Positions 35,245 to 47,179 of a stretch of DNA of 64,000 bases are shown here, one piece after another; position 1 is the first letter of the stretch; the number at the start of each line of letters is the position of its first letter. Made by a program: the position numbers and the translations under genes. This DNA is from Amoebidium appalachense (taxonomy: Eukaryota > Protista > Ichthyosporea). Location of the stretch: the NCBI GenBank assembly GCA_963693365.1, contig CAVNZM010000010.1, positions 806,001 through 870,000 of the forward strand, read 5' to 3'. Under the pieces are notes generated by a model. It did no database searches. It had not been told where the DNA came from and worked only from the letters and a program-made list of their open reading frames with translations.

Positions 35245-35350
35245 TCCCCCTTCCCGCAGGTCCGCAGGTCCTTTCCCGCAGGTCGCCTGGTCGCAGGTCC
35301 CTTCCCGCAGGTCGCCTGGTCGCAGTTCCCTTCCCGCAGCGCCTGGTCAC
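35245..35350. repeat. ~29-bp GC-rich minisatellite, 3-4 copies
   Basis: CCCTTCCCGCAGGTCGCCTGGTCGCAGGT repeated. Confidence 0.8.
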
Positions 35351-36820
35351 AGATCCCCTCCGCAGATCGCGCAGCCACCGTGCTGATTGTTTTGGACCAT
35401 GCTGCATGCTGCAGCTTCTTCTTGAAGGTTAGTTTTGTGTTGCCTGCTTTTGTGCATATGGCGTTTGTCTGTCTGGTCTGTGTCTGTGTCTGTGTGTGTG
35501 TGTGTGTATGTGTGTGTGCGTGCGTGCGTGTGCGTGTGTCTGCTGGCTGCAGATGCACGTTGCCTTTCACGTTCATGAACCAGCGACTGTGGGCACTACT
35601 TTTGCTGTTAGCACTATAGCTATCATCCCCTCCACCGATCGTTCAAGCTATTTTCTGCTTCTCTAGACTTCATAAGTTCTGGTCCGGGTTTCCGTCCTTA
35701 CTATGTTTAAGGTTGGTTCTGTCGACTCTTTTTTTGCCACTCTCAGTCAGCCCCCTCAGTTCCCCCCCCCCCCCCCTCCCCCCACTTCTCGCAAGTAGGA
35801 TGAGCTAATTCTTAGCTCGAGTTCCTTTACAGGTTTTGGCAAGGTTGGCCCATGAAGTCATCAGCAGCTATAAGGCTACGTTATCATCTAGAGGTGGGTA
35901 CCGGCTCTTTGTCCTATGGCTGCTGTTGTTTCCGTTTTTCGTTTCATAGGTGGGTACCGGCTCTTTGTCCTGTTAAGGTAAATAAAGTATGGAGGCAAGA
36001 CCCTGTGGGTCTGGTTCTTTGTCCTATGGCTGCTGTTGTTTCCGTGTTTCGTTTCTGTGTTGCTCTTATAGCACATGAATGATCATGTGCATGTTTAGCA
36101 CCCATAGGTGGGTACCGGCTCTTTGTCCTGTTAATTACTCTGCCGGCATTTGGTATGGTATGGTTTGGTGTAAGAGTGCCCCCCTTATATTGTCATGTTG
36201 GGCGTCCTTTTTTTTTTTTTTGGGCCTCATACCCATACACACACACCTTGTTACTCTTCTGTCAAGGGATTAGCATGTGTTTAGTTTAATGATGTTGGGA
36301 GCTTCTTAGAAACCCGCATAATAGTTTGCTTGTTTTGAGTTTTGTTTATGTTCGTTGCTGCTCTTTTATACTCCTTCCCCCCCCCCCCCCCCCCCACACA
36401 CACACAAAAGAGTGACTTTTCTTTTTTTTTCTTTTTTTCTTTTTTTTTGTGTGTGTGTGTGCGAAGAGAAAAAGTAACAGAGCTTTTTATTATTTTTATT
36501 ATTATTATTATTATTTTGTGTGTGTCTGTGTATTTATTTTGTGTGTTTTCGTAGTTCGAATAAATTGTGTGAAGACATGTCCCGAGGACATGTCTTTAAA
36601 AATATTTGTCTTAGAAAATATTTGTCTTAGAAAATATTTGAAGTGACAGACACGCCCCAGTGGGACATAACCCTACGTAAAAGTTAATAGATGAGTTATA
36701 GTTGACACGTTCCAGTGGGACGTGTCTGCAGAAAATGGATCTGTAATCAGCGGCTCGACGACATATGACCACGTGACAGGCAGGTTCGAAAGGGGTGAGG
36801 GGCGGGGGGGGGGGGCCGGT

Positions 36821-36853
<33 letters not shown>

Positions 36854-38061
36854 AAACGACATCAAACAGTGATCGGAAACGACGTCTGGATGATATCAAC
36901 TTTGAAAATGGCTCAATCATATATATCAAGACATAACATAATGATATGAAAAGGATAATATAACTATATTGCGAAAATCATTCTTAATAAATCTTAATTA
37001 TACCTTAAATTTATCGTTTTGATATATGTGCTGTATGTCAAAAAGATGTGACAGAGTTATGTTAACGATATGCTACTAATATCATAAGGAATGGTTAGCT
37101 GATAAACTACTATATGTTTTAACGATATGTCACAGATACTAGAAAGATGTCGTGTAGAGGACATACAGCCAGAACTTCTCATATCTTTAAAGGCTCCTAA
37201 AACTATCAAAACGATATTATTACGAAATTTCTTTTGACCCATCCTAGTTATCTTTATGTTATGAGGCTTATATCGTTATGACATTTAACGTATGATCTTT
37301 AGATAATGTTTTCGGCATCCTATACCTATCCGTTGTATATGAAAAGGACATCTGTAATAGTATCTTATAGATGTATTACCATATACGAAACCTCCTATAA
37401 TGACCTCGAAATGATATCATATAGATATATATGTATCTTATGATCGATTATCATATATATCGTAAGGATATGTGATAGCTACCATAAGGATATGGGGAAG
37501 GGCTTCTAATCCGCTATTAGAGATATCTTTATTATGTCTAAAACGCTTCTGAACATCAGACTAAAAAGATTTTATGATATCAAATAGACTATCATAATGG
37601 TATCATACGGATATAACGAGGTTGTTGAATACATGGAACACAGGATAGAACAACGATGGGTTCAGGGTGCTCCGTATGAGCCCATTATGAGATCATTTTG
37701 ATATCTAGCAAAAGATACCAAAATGATATCCAGAAAACCCGTGATAGCAAAACGATGCTGTTATGTTATCTAAAAGACAAGAGGGGGATAAAGAGTGGCA
37801 AAAAGATGGGTTTATGGGTTTATGATATCTTTAATGGGTTTTTAATGGGTTTCGGATGCCGGATGAAGTTTGCTGATTGCGGCGGGCGGCCCTCCCCCCC
37901 CCCCCCCCCCCCAACACGTGTGTGTGTGTGTGGGGGGGGGGGGCATGCGTGTGTGTGTGCAAATGCGTGTGTGCAAATGCGTGCGTGCGTGCGTGCGTGC
38001 GTGTGTGCGTGCGTGCGTGCGTGCGTGCTTCCGTGTGTGCGTGGTTGTGTGTGTGTGTGAA

Positions 38062-38105
<44 letters not shown>

Positions 38106-38232
38106 GAACGACTCAAGGTTGTACTTGGCACACAAATACATAATAATTTCAATTATTATTATTATTTTCCTATACAGGAAAAGTGGAGCCCTACTGGCCG
38201 AATACATACATGCAAGCATTCATTCATATTTT

Positions 38233-38297
<65 letters not shown>

Positions 38298-38360
38298 AAA
38301 AAAAAAAAAAAAAAAAGCAGAGAAGGGGGCTTTAGGGAGAGGCAATCGAAAACGAAAATT

Positions 38361-38790
38361 CTACACCATGCTTTTGGTGTGCCCGGGCCCCACCATATCC
38401 TTATATAGTGGCTCTTGCATGTTACACAAGAAAGCCACAGCCTTAGCTACCATCCAATGGGTGCCTACCATCGACATCTGCACCTGATTGCTAAACAGCC
38501 GATAATTTTTCATGCGCCCAAAAGCCCTCTCACTGCTCGTCTCCCCCCGCTCCCTCGCTCGTTTCCGTGTTTGCTCAATATCTGAGGCATCCATTCCTAC
38601 AGCTTGCATATGACTATTGGCCCTTTCTTTCCTCCTGCCTGCCTATAGCATTTAACCAAGCATGCCTCCTAGCCAATACATTTGGTTTGCATCCATATGG
38701 AACAGTAAAAAGCTTTATCTTCCTGGTAGGATCTTTGGGAGAGACTGTTTCTTCGTCATTTTTGCAGTAGTTAGCCGCGCAAGTTGGCAT
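38361..38790 (-). pseudogene. Internally deleted transposase: N-terminal THAP domain joined to a DDE_Tnp_4-like C-terminus
   Basis: From ATG 38790: MPTCAANYCKN...KIKLFTVPYG...RRHAWLNAIGR (THAP C-x4-C, F-x-x-P, R-x-x-W), then GPIVICKL in a shifted frame. After the deletion: RERGETSSERAFGRMKNYRLF...LCNMQEPL*, matching the R..VER.IG..K.Y...LCN.Q.PL tail of ISL2EU/Harbinger-type transposases. Confidence 0.75.
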
Positions 38791-39652
38791 TGTGAGTGCC
38801 TAACATATATAGGTAGAAAACAACCCGCCTTCATGAAAAATGTGCAGCGCAGTTTTGTCCGGACACGTGTGTGGCATGCCGTGTGTACATGGTATAGTTC
38901 GGCCACACGATCTTAGGTGCCCAATAGGCAGATCAAGCCCACTCAATCCAGATAGATATCGATCTGAGCGGCGCCAGAAAGTATTCTAGCCGCGCGATCC
39001 CGTATCCCTTAATTGCACGAGATCGCCATCGATCGAAGATACCAGATAGTTCTGCGAGGCGAGCGAAGCGAGCCGCGCCGGGGCGAACGCCGCGCCGAGC
39101 GCAAGCGAGCCTCGGCAGTGAGCCCGGACGACCGAGGCTGGGCCCACAGCGATATGGCGTAGCCATTGAGCTCATTTATATTCAACTATTACGAATACCA
39201 ACTGATAAACAAATGAATAAACAACCAATCGGAACTCTACATTCTCGGACTCCCAGTACATCATACTGTACATGCAATGCCAATCTTCCAAACGCATGCG
39301 CATGGGCCACACAACTATTGGGACTCGTGCAGGGGCTGTCCCAAGCACTCATACATAGCAGGGGCATAACACATGGGCCACATGGCATGTCAAGATGCAG
39401 ATCTCTGTTGTCATAGTGATGTATACGTAGGGCTACCTTTCACGTAATGGTGTGACGTCATGATGAGGTAATTGTAAAGGACTGTGTACTACTGTACGTG
39501 TACGTGTCAAATGTTTGCTATCTACATGTATGCATATCATAGTAGCTTGCAGAAACGATAAACAAAGCGGGGGACTACGAAGGGGTGACTGACGCGTATA
39601 ATTTAACAGCTAGGCTCACTTGTGTTCTTTTAACACCACTGCCCCCCCCCCT

Positions 39653-39691
<39 letters not shown>

Positions 39692-40162
39692 CCCCCCCCC
39701 CCTCCCCTTTAATACTGGTACCACCACCACCACCATCACCACCACCATCACGTCACCACCACACACACACACAATCAAGATACACAGACCGACATGTACC
39801 ACTGTGCACATACGCACTGTTGAACACGTCCACATGCATAATCCGCACACACACACCACACACGCACATACATACATACCCAAACAATGGATAGCTGCCC
39901 AGACCCCCTCACACACTTGTGACACGAGTACGGTAGTGCACATGGACATGACATTGTGCACACCCCACGTTGCACACACATGCCGCAGACACACTTACGC
40001 CTGCAGGCTAGTAAACAATGCACATATGTACACACGTGCAGGAGAGAGCAGGACGTGGGTGGCGTGTTTATCATGTGTACCGGGAGTGTTGCAGCTGCAG
40101 GGAGATCTAAGAGGTGATACGAAACACTCGCGTGCCAAAGTACAAGGGTAAATATAAGACTA

Positions 40163-40659
40163 CAGGGGTCATTCAGGATTAAGATAATTCACCTATAAGA
40201 TAAGTAGTACTAGGTTTTTTGAAAAAAAAATAAGATTCTAGGGGCTACCGAGGCTGGGGGGGAAATAAGATAACGGAAAGGGGGGAGGGGGGGGGGGGGG
40301 GGGGGGAGGGGGGGGGGGGAAGGGGGGGAGGGGGGGCGACGGGGGGATTCGGAGGGGGGGCTGTGGCTTGCCTACTTCTAATTAGTCAAGAAAAGCCCTT
40401 CTGTGCAGCAGATAATATATCTCTTCTGATTAGCTTGAAGTCAAGACGTCCTCCGGAAGCTTTTCTTTTGCTTCATTAATCAATCAACAGACCGAAAAAG
40501 TCTATGTGTGTACGTGTTACTGTGTGTGTGTGTGTGGGTGGGTGGGCGAGTGTCCTTTCCTTGTGTGTGTGTGCACGTATGTGTTACACAACGTGTGTGT
40601 CTGTGTGTGTGTGTGTGTGTGTGTGTCTGCGGCCGCGTCACGGTGCACGGTGTGTGTGC

Positions 40660-40690
<31 letters not shown>

Positions 40691-41656
40691 GGCCTGTGGA
40701 TCCTTTCAAAGTTTGGGGTGTGGGGGGTATTTTTTTTTTTTTTTTTTTTTTTTGGGGGGGGGGGGGGAGGGGGGAGGGAGGGGGGGGGCTGAGCGAAAAT
40801 CCGTGCATATGCCTGTGGGTACATTCGGATTACGTGTTTGTTTGTCAATCTGGGTGTGTGTGTGTGTGTCCCGTAACGTGTATGTATCACAATGTGTGTG
40901 TGTTTGTGTGTGTGTGTCCGTGTGACGGTGCACGGTGTGTGTGCGCGTATCCCTCGAAACCCCCCCCCCCCCCCTCCCGTTTTCCCCCACTGCATGTCAG
41001 GGCTGTGGGTCCTTTTTATGGGCGGGGAGGTTAAAAAACCCGTTTTTTTTTTTCGAGGGGGGGAGGGGGGGAAAGGGGGGGGGGGGGGGGGGGTGGGAAG
41101 GAGGGGGCTGTGCCAAAATGTGTGCATATGTCTGTGTGTACATTTGGATTTTGTGCTCATTTGTCACTGTGTTTGTGTGTGTGTGGTGTGTGTGTGTGTG
41201 TGTGTGTGCACGTGTGTGTGTCACAATGAGTGTGTGTGTGTGAAAGTTTGTGTGTGTGTCCGTGTGACGGTGCACGGTGTGCGTGTGCGTCTGCCCCCAC
41301 CCTGCCCCCTTCCCCCCCTCCTCTTTTCCTGCCCTGTCCTGTGGGTCCTTTTTGTGGGCGGCGAGGTTTTTTTTTCTTCTTTTTTTTTCCTTTTGGTGGG
41401 GGGAGGGGGGAGGGGGGAGGGGGGAGGGGGGTTTAAATGCGCCATAAAGTACGAAGTACACAAGAACAACGGATAACACGATGCAGACTGCACACCATAC
41501 ATAGGGGGCGAGGGCTGTGCGAAAATGTCACAGTGTGCATATGTCTGTGTGTTCATTTGGATTTTGTGCTCTTTTGTCACTGGGTGTGTTTTTGTGTGTG
41601 TGGTGTGTGCGCGTGTGTGTCTCCGTGTCTCCGTGTCACGGTGCACGTGTTTTTGT

Positions 41657-41689
<33 letters not shown>

Positions 41690-41794
41690 AGAATAAAAAA
41701 AAAATAAAAAAAATAAAAAATAAACAACTCCTGCAGCCCAGAAGAAGGTCCCACAGGACCGAGGCAGGGGCGGGACGGGCGGGCGGGGGAGAGA

Positions 41795-41839
<45 letters not shown>

Positions 41840-41927
41840 TAAGATAATGTACCCTATGGCCGAGAAACCTTAAGATTTTAGACCCTAAACCGTATTTACC
41901 TGTTATCTTAAACGTGAGTGACCCCTG
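40163..41927. mobile_element. Tc1/mariner-type non-autonomous element (TA TSD) with ~4 internal 280-370-bp tandem units
   Basis: TA|CAGGGGTCATTCAGGATTAAGATAA versus TTATCTTAAACGTGAGTGACCCCTG|TA; internal motif GT(C/G)ACGGTGCACG at ~40636, 40921, 41262, 41634. Confidence 0.82.
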
Positions 41928-42511
41928 TACATGGATTTAAAAAATTGGGCGCAGCCAGCTAGAATCCTGAATTCCAGACATGTACACTCTAGCCCAAAAG
42001 AACAAAAGTAAAAAAAAATCTTAATTTTAATATGTGCAATGGGGGCTAGCCAGGCGCTAGAATCTTATTTTTTTCCAAGTTTCCAAGTGCGAGAATCTTA
42101 TACTCGGATAATCTTAAATTTAGCCTACCCCTGCAAAACATGTACCAAGAGCAGACTTGGGGAGGTGTGTTCAAGGGGCAATAAGGGTGGGGAATTTTGT
42201 AGGGGGGGTGAGGTGGGGGGGGGGAGGGGGGGATCGGGGGGGGGGGGGGGGAGGGAGGGAGGGAGGGGGGGGGGGGGGGGGGGGGGGTTGGTGCGCACAC
42301 GCAACCAGTCTGCTTCCCTGAGTAACGAAAAGCATGCACAGTGGTCTAACAATTTGCAAATAAGCAAAGAAAGCAACCCCCGCAAGAAGAGCAAACAAGC
42401 TTTGTAACTTTTGTTTTTTCAAGAAATTGCCACGAGTGCTTGTACCTTTTACTGACGTGTTTTCTCTTTCATTAGCAGTGATACGAGGGTCAAGACGTAG
42501 AGAGCCAATCA

Positions 42512-42566
<55 letters not shown>

Positions 42567-43341
42567 CCCCCTCTTCCGTGTGTGAATACCCACATATGTG
42601 TGTCCCCGTGTGCATTAGCGCGCTGCAAGTGTGTGTTTCTGTTTCAATGGTTTCCGCGTGTGTGTGCACATGAGTGTGTGTTGGAGGGGGGGGGGGGGGG
42701 GGGGGTGGTTGCGTTAAAACGAAGTACAATTCACGACGGACAACTTGACTGCAAAGTCGCAGGGCACACGCAAAGATTGTGTGCATGGGTGGGCTGTGGA
42801 GGTCTCGCGGGGGGGGGAGGGGGGCGGGGGGGTATATTTAACATATGTACAAGAACTTACAGGTCGGATGATGGCATATCATTTATTATCCAACCAGATT
42901 CATCAGATAAAAAATAAAAAGAGGGCGGGTTGATAACATAGAACCCTTGCCCAATCCTGCAGCCCATCAGTTCAAATAGCCAATTATCGGCCATATCGTA
43001 CCTTTGCCTCATTATAAGGCTACCTGCGATCTGTACAACTACGCAGTATCAACTTAAGACCTATGCACTATGCTCGGATATTTACATGGAACTATTGCAT
43101 ACTGATCAAGGCCTCTTCAATGGAGTGCTATTTAGCAGGCCTTGATACTGATATTATAACCCCTCCCCTCCCCCCCCCCCCCCCCCAAAAAAACAAAAAA
43201 ACAAAAAGGGGGGTAGGGGGGGGGGTATAAATGAAATGATGAGAGAACTCCCGAACCCACCTACACCCCCCCCCCCCCCTGTCCGCGCAAGCGCGCGACC
43301 ACGATAGCCACCCCAAAAACAACATATTCCATTCGATCAGG

Positions 43342-44140
43342 TCACAAAACCATAACATGGGCGAAAACCGCACACACCATCATCAAAGTCGATCCTACAC
43401 CCACCCTCCCAACCCCGGACTTATTTCCCGTCTGACTGCCAGCTGTCGCGCCGACCGCACCGTTGGAAGGTGGGTCGGAACCTTGGCCCGATTCGAAATT
43501 CAGAGCATCGAACTGAACCATAACCCCAAAATGGTCGCTCAGGGGAACCTTGTTCCCATTTTTCAGCGGAACGACATTTTCATTAAAGACAACACGGCCC
43601 GGCAGCTCCCTCGGTTTTTCCGATCCAGGCCCGAAAGCCGACCCGATTGTCAAAATGTGATCGATCCGCGATCCGATCCCCCTCCAGCATGAAGTGCAGT
43701 AGTTGGCCGGTGGCACGGAAACGTTCACCCACAGGTATTCCTTTACTAGAAGGTTCCACGAATCGATATCTGATTGAAGAATGTCGACACCGGGCTTGAA
43801 AGATGTGTCGTTTCTGGCCTTGCCCCACCCACAATTCATATCTCCCGCCAAAATGAAATTCGACACGTTATTTTTAGCTCCCTGTTCCCGCGCAACGCTG
43901 TACACCCGCCTAATTTGGTTGTGTTTCTCTTCAGTATTAGTGGTCGCGTTTCCGGCAAATCCCGCGACGTAATTTGTGTCATTTCTCGATCCGGGGGTGA
44001 TGTGGGTGCAAAGAATTCCGACCCTTTGTCCGTCTGTACCCACTATCCCCTCTGCGTACACGACGGATCGGTTTACACCAATCATGAGCAGAGGCTCAAC
44101 GGCAACGTTTTTGAGTGGCTGTTTGCTCGCAATGACAATG

Positions 44141-44185
<45 letters not shown>

Positions 44186-44328
44186 ATGTGCATGTGTGTG
44201 TGTGCACATGTGCGTGTGTGGGTGTAAATGTATGCGTGTACATGTGTGCTAGGGTGTGTGTAGGCGCTCGGTCTACAGGTGTTCTTGTGTGTAAGGATGG
44301 GAGGGGAGCTACATGCCCAGTGTGTGTT

Positions 44329-44385
<57 letters not shown>

Positions 44386-44936
44386 GTGCGTGTGCGCGCG
44401 TGCGCGCGGATGTGTGTGTGTGTGTGTGTGTGTGTGTTTTTTGGGAATTCGCTTTGGGGCTGTGGTGGTTGAGAAGGCGGGAGGGCGTACAAGGGGGGAG
44501 GGAGGGGAGAGGGGGGAGGGCGTCAAGGTCAGTGATTTTGCCTAACAACAAGCCCCCTTCGAGCCCAACATCAGCCCAACCACCAGACACTTGAACCAAA
44601 AGAAAAGCGCAGGGGAAAACCTTCACCCATACAAGGTCACGATAAACTCCTTCGATGAAAAGTACTCAACCTCAATATCCCAAAGCCCTCCCTCCCTCCC
44701 CCAATATATATATATATATATATATATATAACCCCCCCCCCCCCCACACACACACACGCGCGCATACACACATACCGCACAACCCGCCTAACCCCCCCCC
44801 CCCTCCCAATTCCCAACCACTCGATCCACCACCATCCACACACATTCACACACACACATACACACACATACACCCACACCCACACCCACACCCACACACA
44901 GCTCCCCGGCAGACTGTGATGTACCCAATGCCAGCC

Positions 44937-44981
<45 letters not shown>

Positions 44982-45663
44982 AAAAAAAAAAGAAGGCACA
45001 CCTCCAGTCCACGAATATCTTCTCTTAGCTTCCGTCTCATTCTTCACCGGCTGGAAGCAATTCACAGCCCCTTGAACGTTTTGCCTCATAATGCACCTCG
45101 CACACTCGGGATTCTTCGTCACACATTCATCAAAAACCTCCGGGCATTTTCTTGCAGGACATTCGATAATCTGTGACGCATCTTTTGATGTGATGACGCT
45201 GCCACAAGTAGTAGAGTTCAAGAAGCAGTTGACGAGGCCCGGGAGAGCAGGCGGTGGGCAGGGGGAGGTACCAATCTCCCGTGGAGGAAGGAGGGGTGCA
45301 TGATAAACATGTGGAAATGTCTTTTTGACTCCCTCGAGAACGAAAAGCATGTCTTGATCGTCCCAGAGTTCCTGTGTTTTTGTTTCGAGTCTTTAGAAAG
45401 GGATCTGCAACCATGGTTGCCCTTGGGTGTGTGTGTGAATGTGTGCATGTGATAGGCACGTGTGTGTGTGTGTTCGTGCCTGTGTGTGTGCAGGTAGAAC
45501 CCACGGACATGCACAGAGATCTATGGTTTGTGTACAAGTATGATGGTTCAACCACTAACATTTAGTTACAATCAGACACAGACCATTGTAAGCGTTCGGC
45601 AATACAGAGATCAATTTGCAAGAAACGACCGTTTAGAAGTCAAAGCAAGGACGCAGAAATGCC

Positions 45664-45703
<40 letters not shown>

Positions 45704-46179
45704 CACACGCACACACACCCTCCTCCCCCATCCCACTTCCCTCCCTCCTCCCGGAGAAATGAACCCTTAAGAAGCAACTACAAAACCATCACCGTAAAAA
45801 CACGTACACGTACACACACTCACACACATACACCCATACACATGCATAGAAAAACCACACACCCACACACAGACATACACACACGAGCACACTGTAACAA
45901 GCACACACACACGCACGCGCGCGCACATACACACACACATGCTCGCACACGCACACACACACTCGCACACACACACGCACACGCACACACACACACCTGC
46001 AAACACATCACATCCGCCTCTGTCAACTTCGCGATCTCGTCGCCTGCCACAGCCATCCTTTCATCCACATTAGGTGGGCCCCCGCGCAAAATCCCAACGT
46101 TAAATGTGACGATGTTTAAAGCCGCATCACTCAAGACTAGCAGTGAAGCTAGCACAGACAAACGAGAAAAAACAACCAT
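43342..46179 (-). CDS. Secreted, probably GPI-anchored endonuclease/exonuclease/phosphatase (EEP) family protein, ~450 aa, 3 exons
   Basis: Exons 46179-45997, 45371-45002, 44141-43342, in phase with GT-AG boundaries. Signal peptide [20 protein letters not shown]; EEP motifs [48 protein letters not shown]; Cys-rich insert; S/G-rich spacer and hydrophobic C-terminal tail. Confidence 0.88.
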
Positions 46180-46519
46180 TTTCGGTTTTTTTCCCAGGAC
46201 CGTAGGTTGGAGGACACAACAAAATGATATGAGTGAGTGACAGGATGTTCTTTAATGAACGGTACAACTCAGACGAAAGAACGAGAACGACAGGTCACGG
46301 TTAATCTCTCGAAGAAAGTAGATAAAGCTGATTTGGGTAGAAGAAAAGCCCTACTCACGCGTGCAAGTCCCCAACAACATCGCACGAAACACACTACACT
46401 ACACTACAAACACAAAGGTAACAAGTCACAACTTGCATACAGCGGCCAAAAAAAAGGCTGGGGAAGGGCAGGTGAGAGACAGTGTGGTACGATGACGACA
46501 GCTGACAGGCGAAAAGGCG

Positions 46520-46534
46520 GCTCTTTATATAGTT
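46520..46534 (-). promoter_or_regulatory. Putative TATA box of the EEP gene
   Basis: Minus strand CTATATAAAGAG ~345 bp upstream of the ATG, with CCAAT (plus-strand ATTGG, ~46563) further upstream. Confidence 0.5.
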
Positions 46535-46679
46535 GACGGATCTGCTTTCTTTGTGCGATTTGATTGGATGAATACATCACAATGAGTTCACATGAGAACG
46601 TGATCCATGTATGCAAGCTTTATCTAAACAAATTATCATGATTATTGTTTCTAATGCTATCAGTTACTTATGATTGTTT

Positions 46680-46719
<40 letters not shown>

Positions 46720-47179
46720 CTCTAAAAGATGCAGGTTTCTATTCTAACTCAATATGGCAGGCGCTTGTCAACATATGGCGTGTGAATCAAAAAAGTTTAC
46801 CCTCCCTCTAGACCAGATGCAGATAAACCATAGATGGTAAGCAAAATCGTTTCTATTGGGTTAACTTAGATTGTATATATATCTGTCTGCTTCAGCTCCG
46901 GCAGTGTCCACGCAATAAAAAGTGTGTAAACCCCCATGTAGTCTTCCGAAGCTGTTTTTTTTTCCCTTTTCGGCCTATTTTAATGTAAAAAAAAAATCCG
47001 TATTCAATAAATTCGTGTTGCTTGGTATTCTGTCGTTAAGAGGTTTCATGTTTATAGTGTCATTCTGAGCTGAGTGAGCCTTTCTTCAACCATATAGCGT
47101 CGACGTCCGACAATTGCAAGCTGAATGAACATTGATAATCTTTCGGAGCTACCGATGCTAGCCTCTGCTTACCCATAAT

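Larger units (their letters stand above)
29247..37883. mobile_element. Non-autonomous TIR element with dense GATATC-like subterminal repeats (CMC/EnSpm-like), ~8.6 kb
   Basis: ATCAGCAAACTTCATCCGGCATCCGAAACCCAT at ~29253-29285 and its reverse complement at ~37844-37877; AT-rich arms (29.3-31.5 kb, 36.9-37.9 kb) are full of short GATATC/GACATC motifs. Exact termini and TSD are obscured by C-runs; superfamily is inferred. Confidence 0.72.
27356..39008. mobile_element. TIR DNA transposon (PHIS/ISL2EU-like transposase remnant plus EXO1-like second ORF), interrupted by an 8.6-kb insertion
   Basis: ATTAAGGGATACGGGATCG (27351-27369) is the exact reverse complement of CGATCCCGTATCCCTTAAT (38995-39013); subterminal inverted 13-mer TTTCTGGCGCCGC (27395-27407)/GCGGCGCCAGAAA (38968-38980); convergent ORFs start just inside each end. 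TSD reads as TTAA or AT. Confidence 0.8.
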
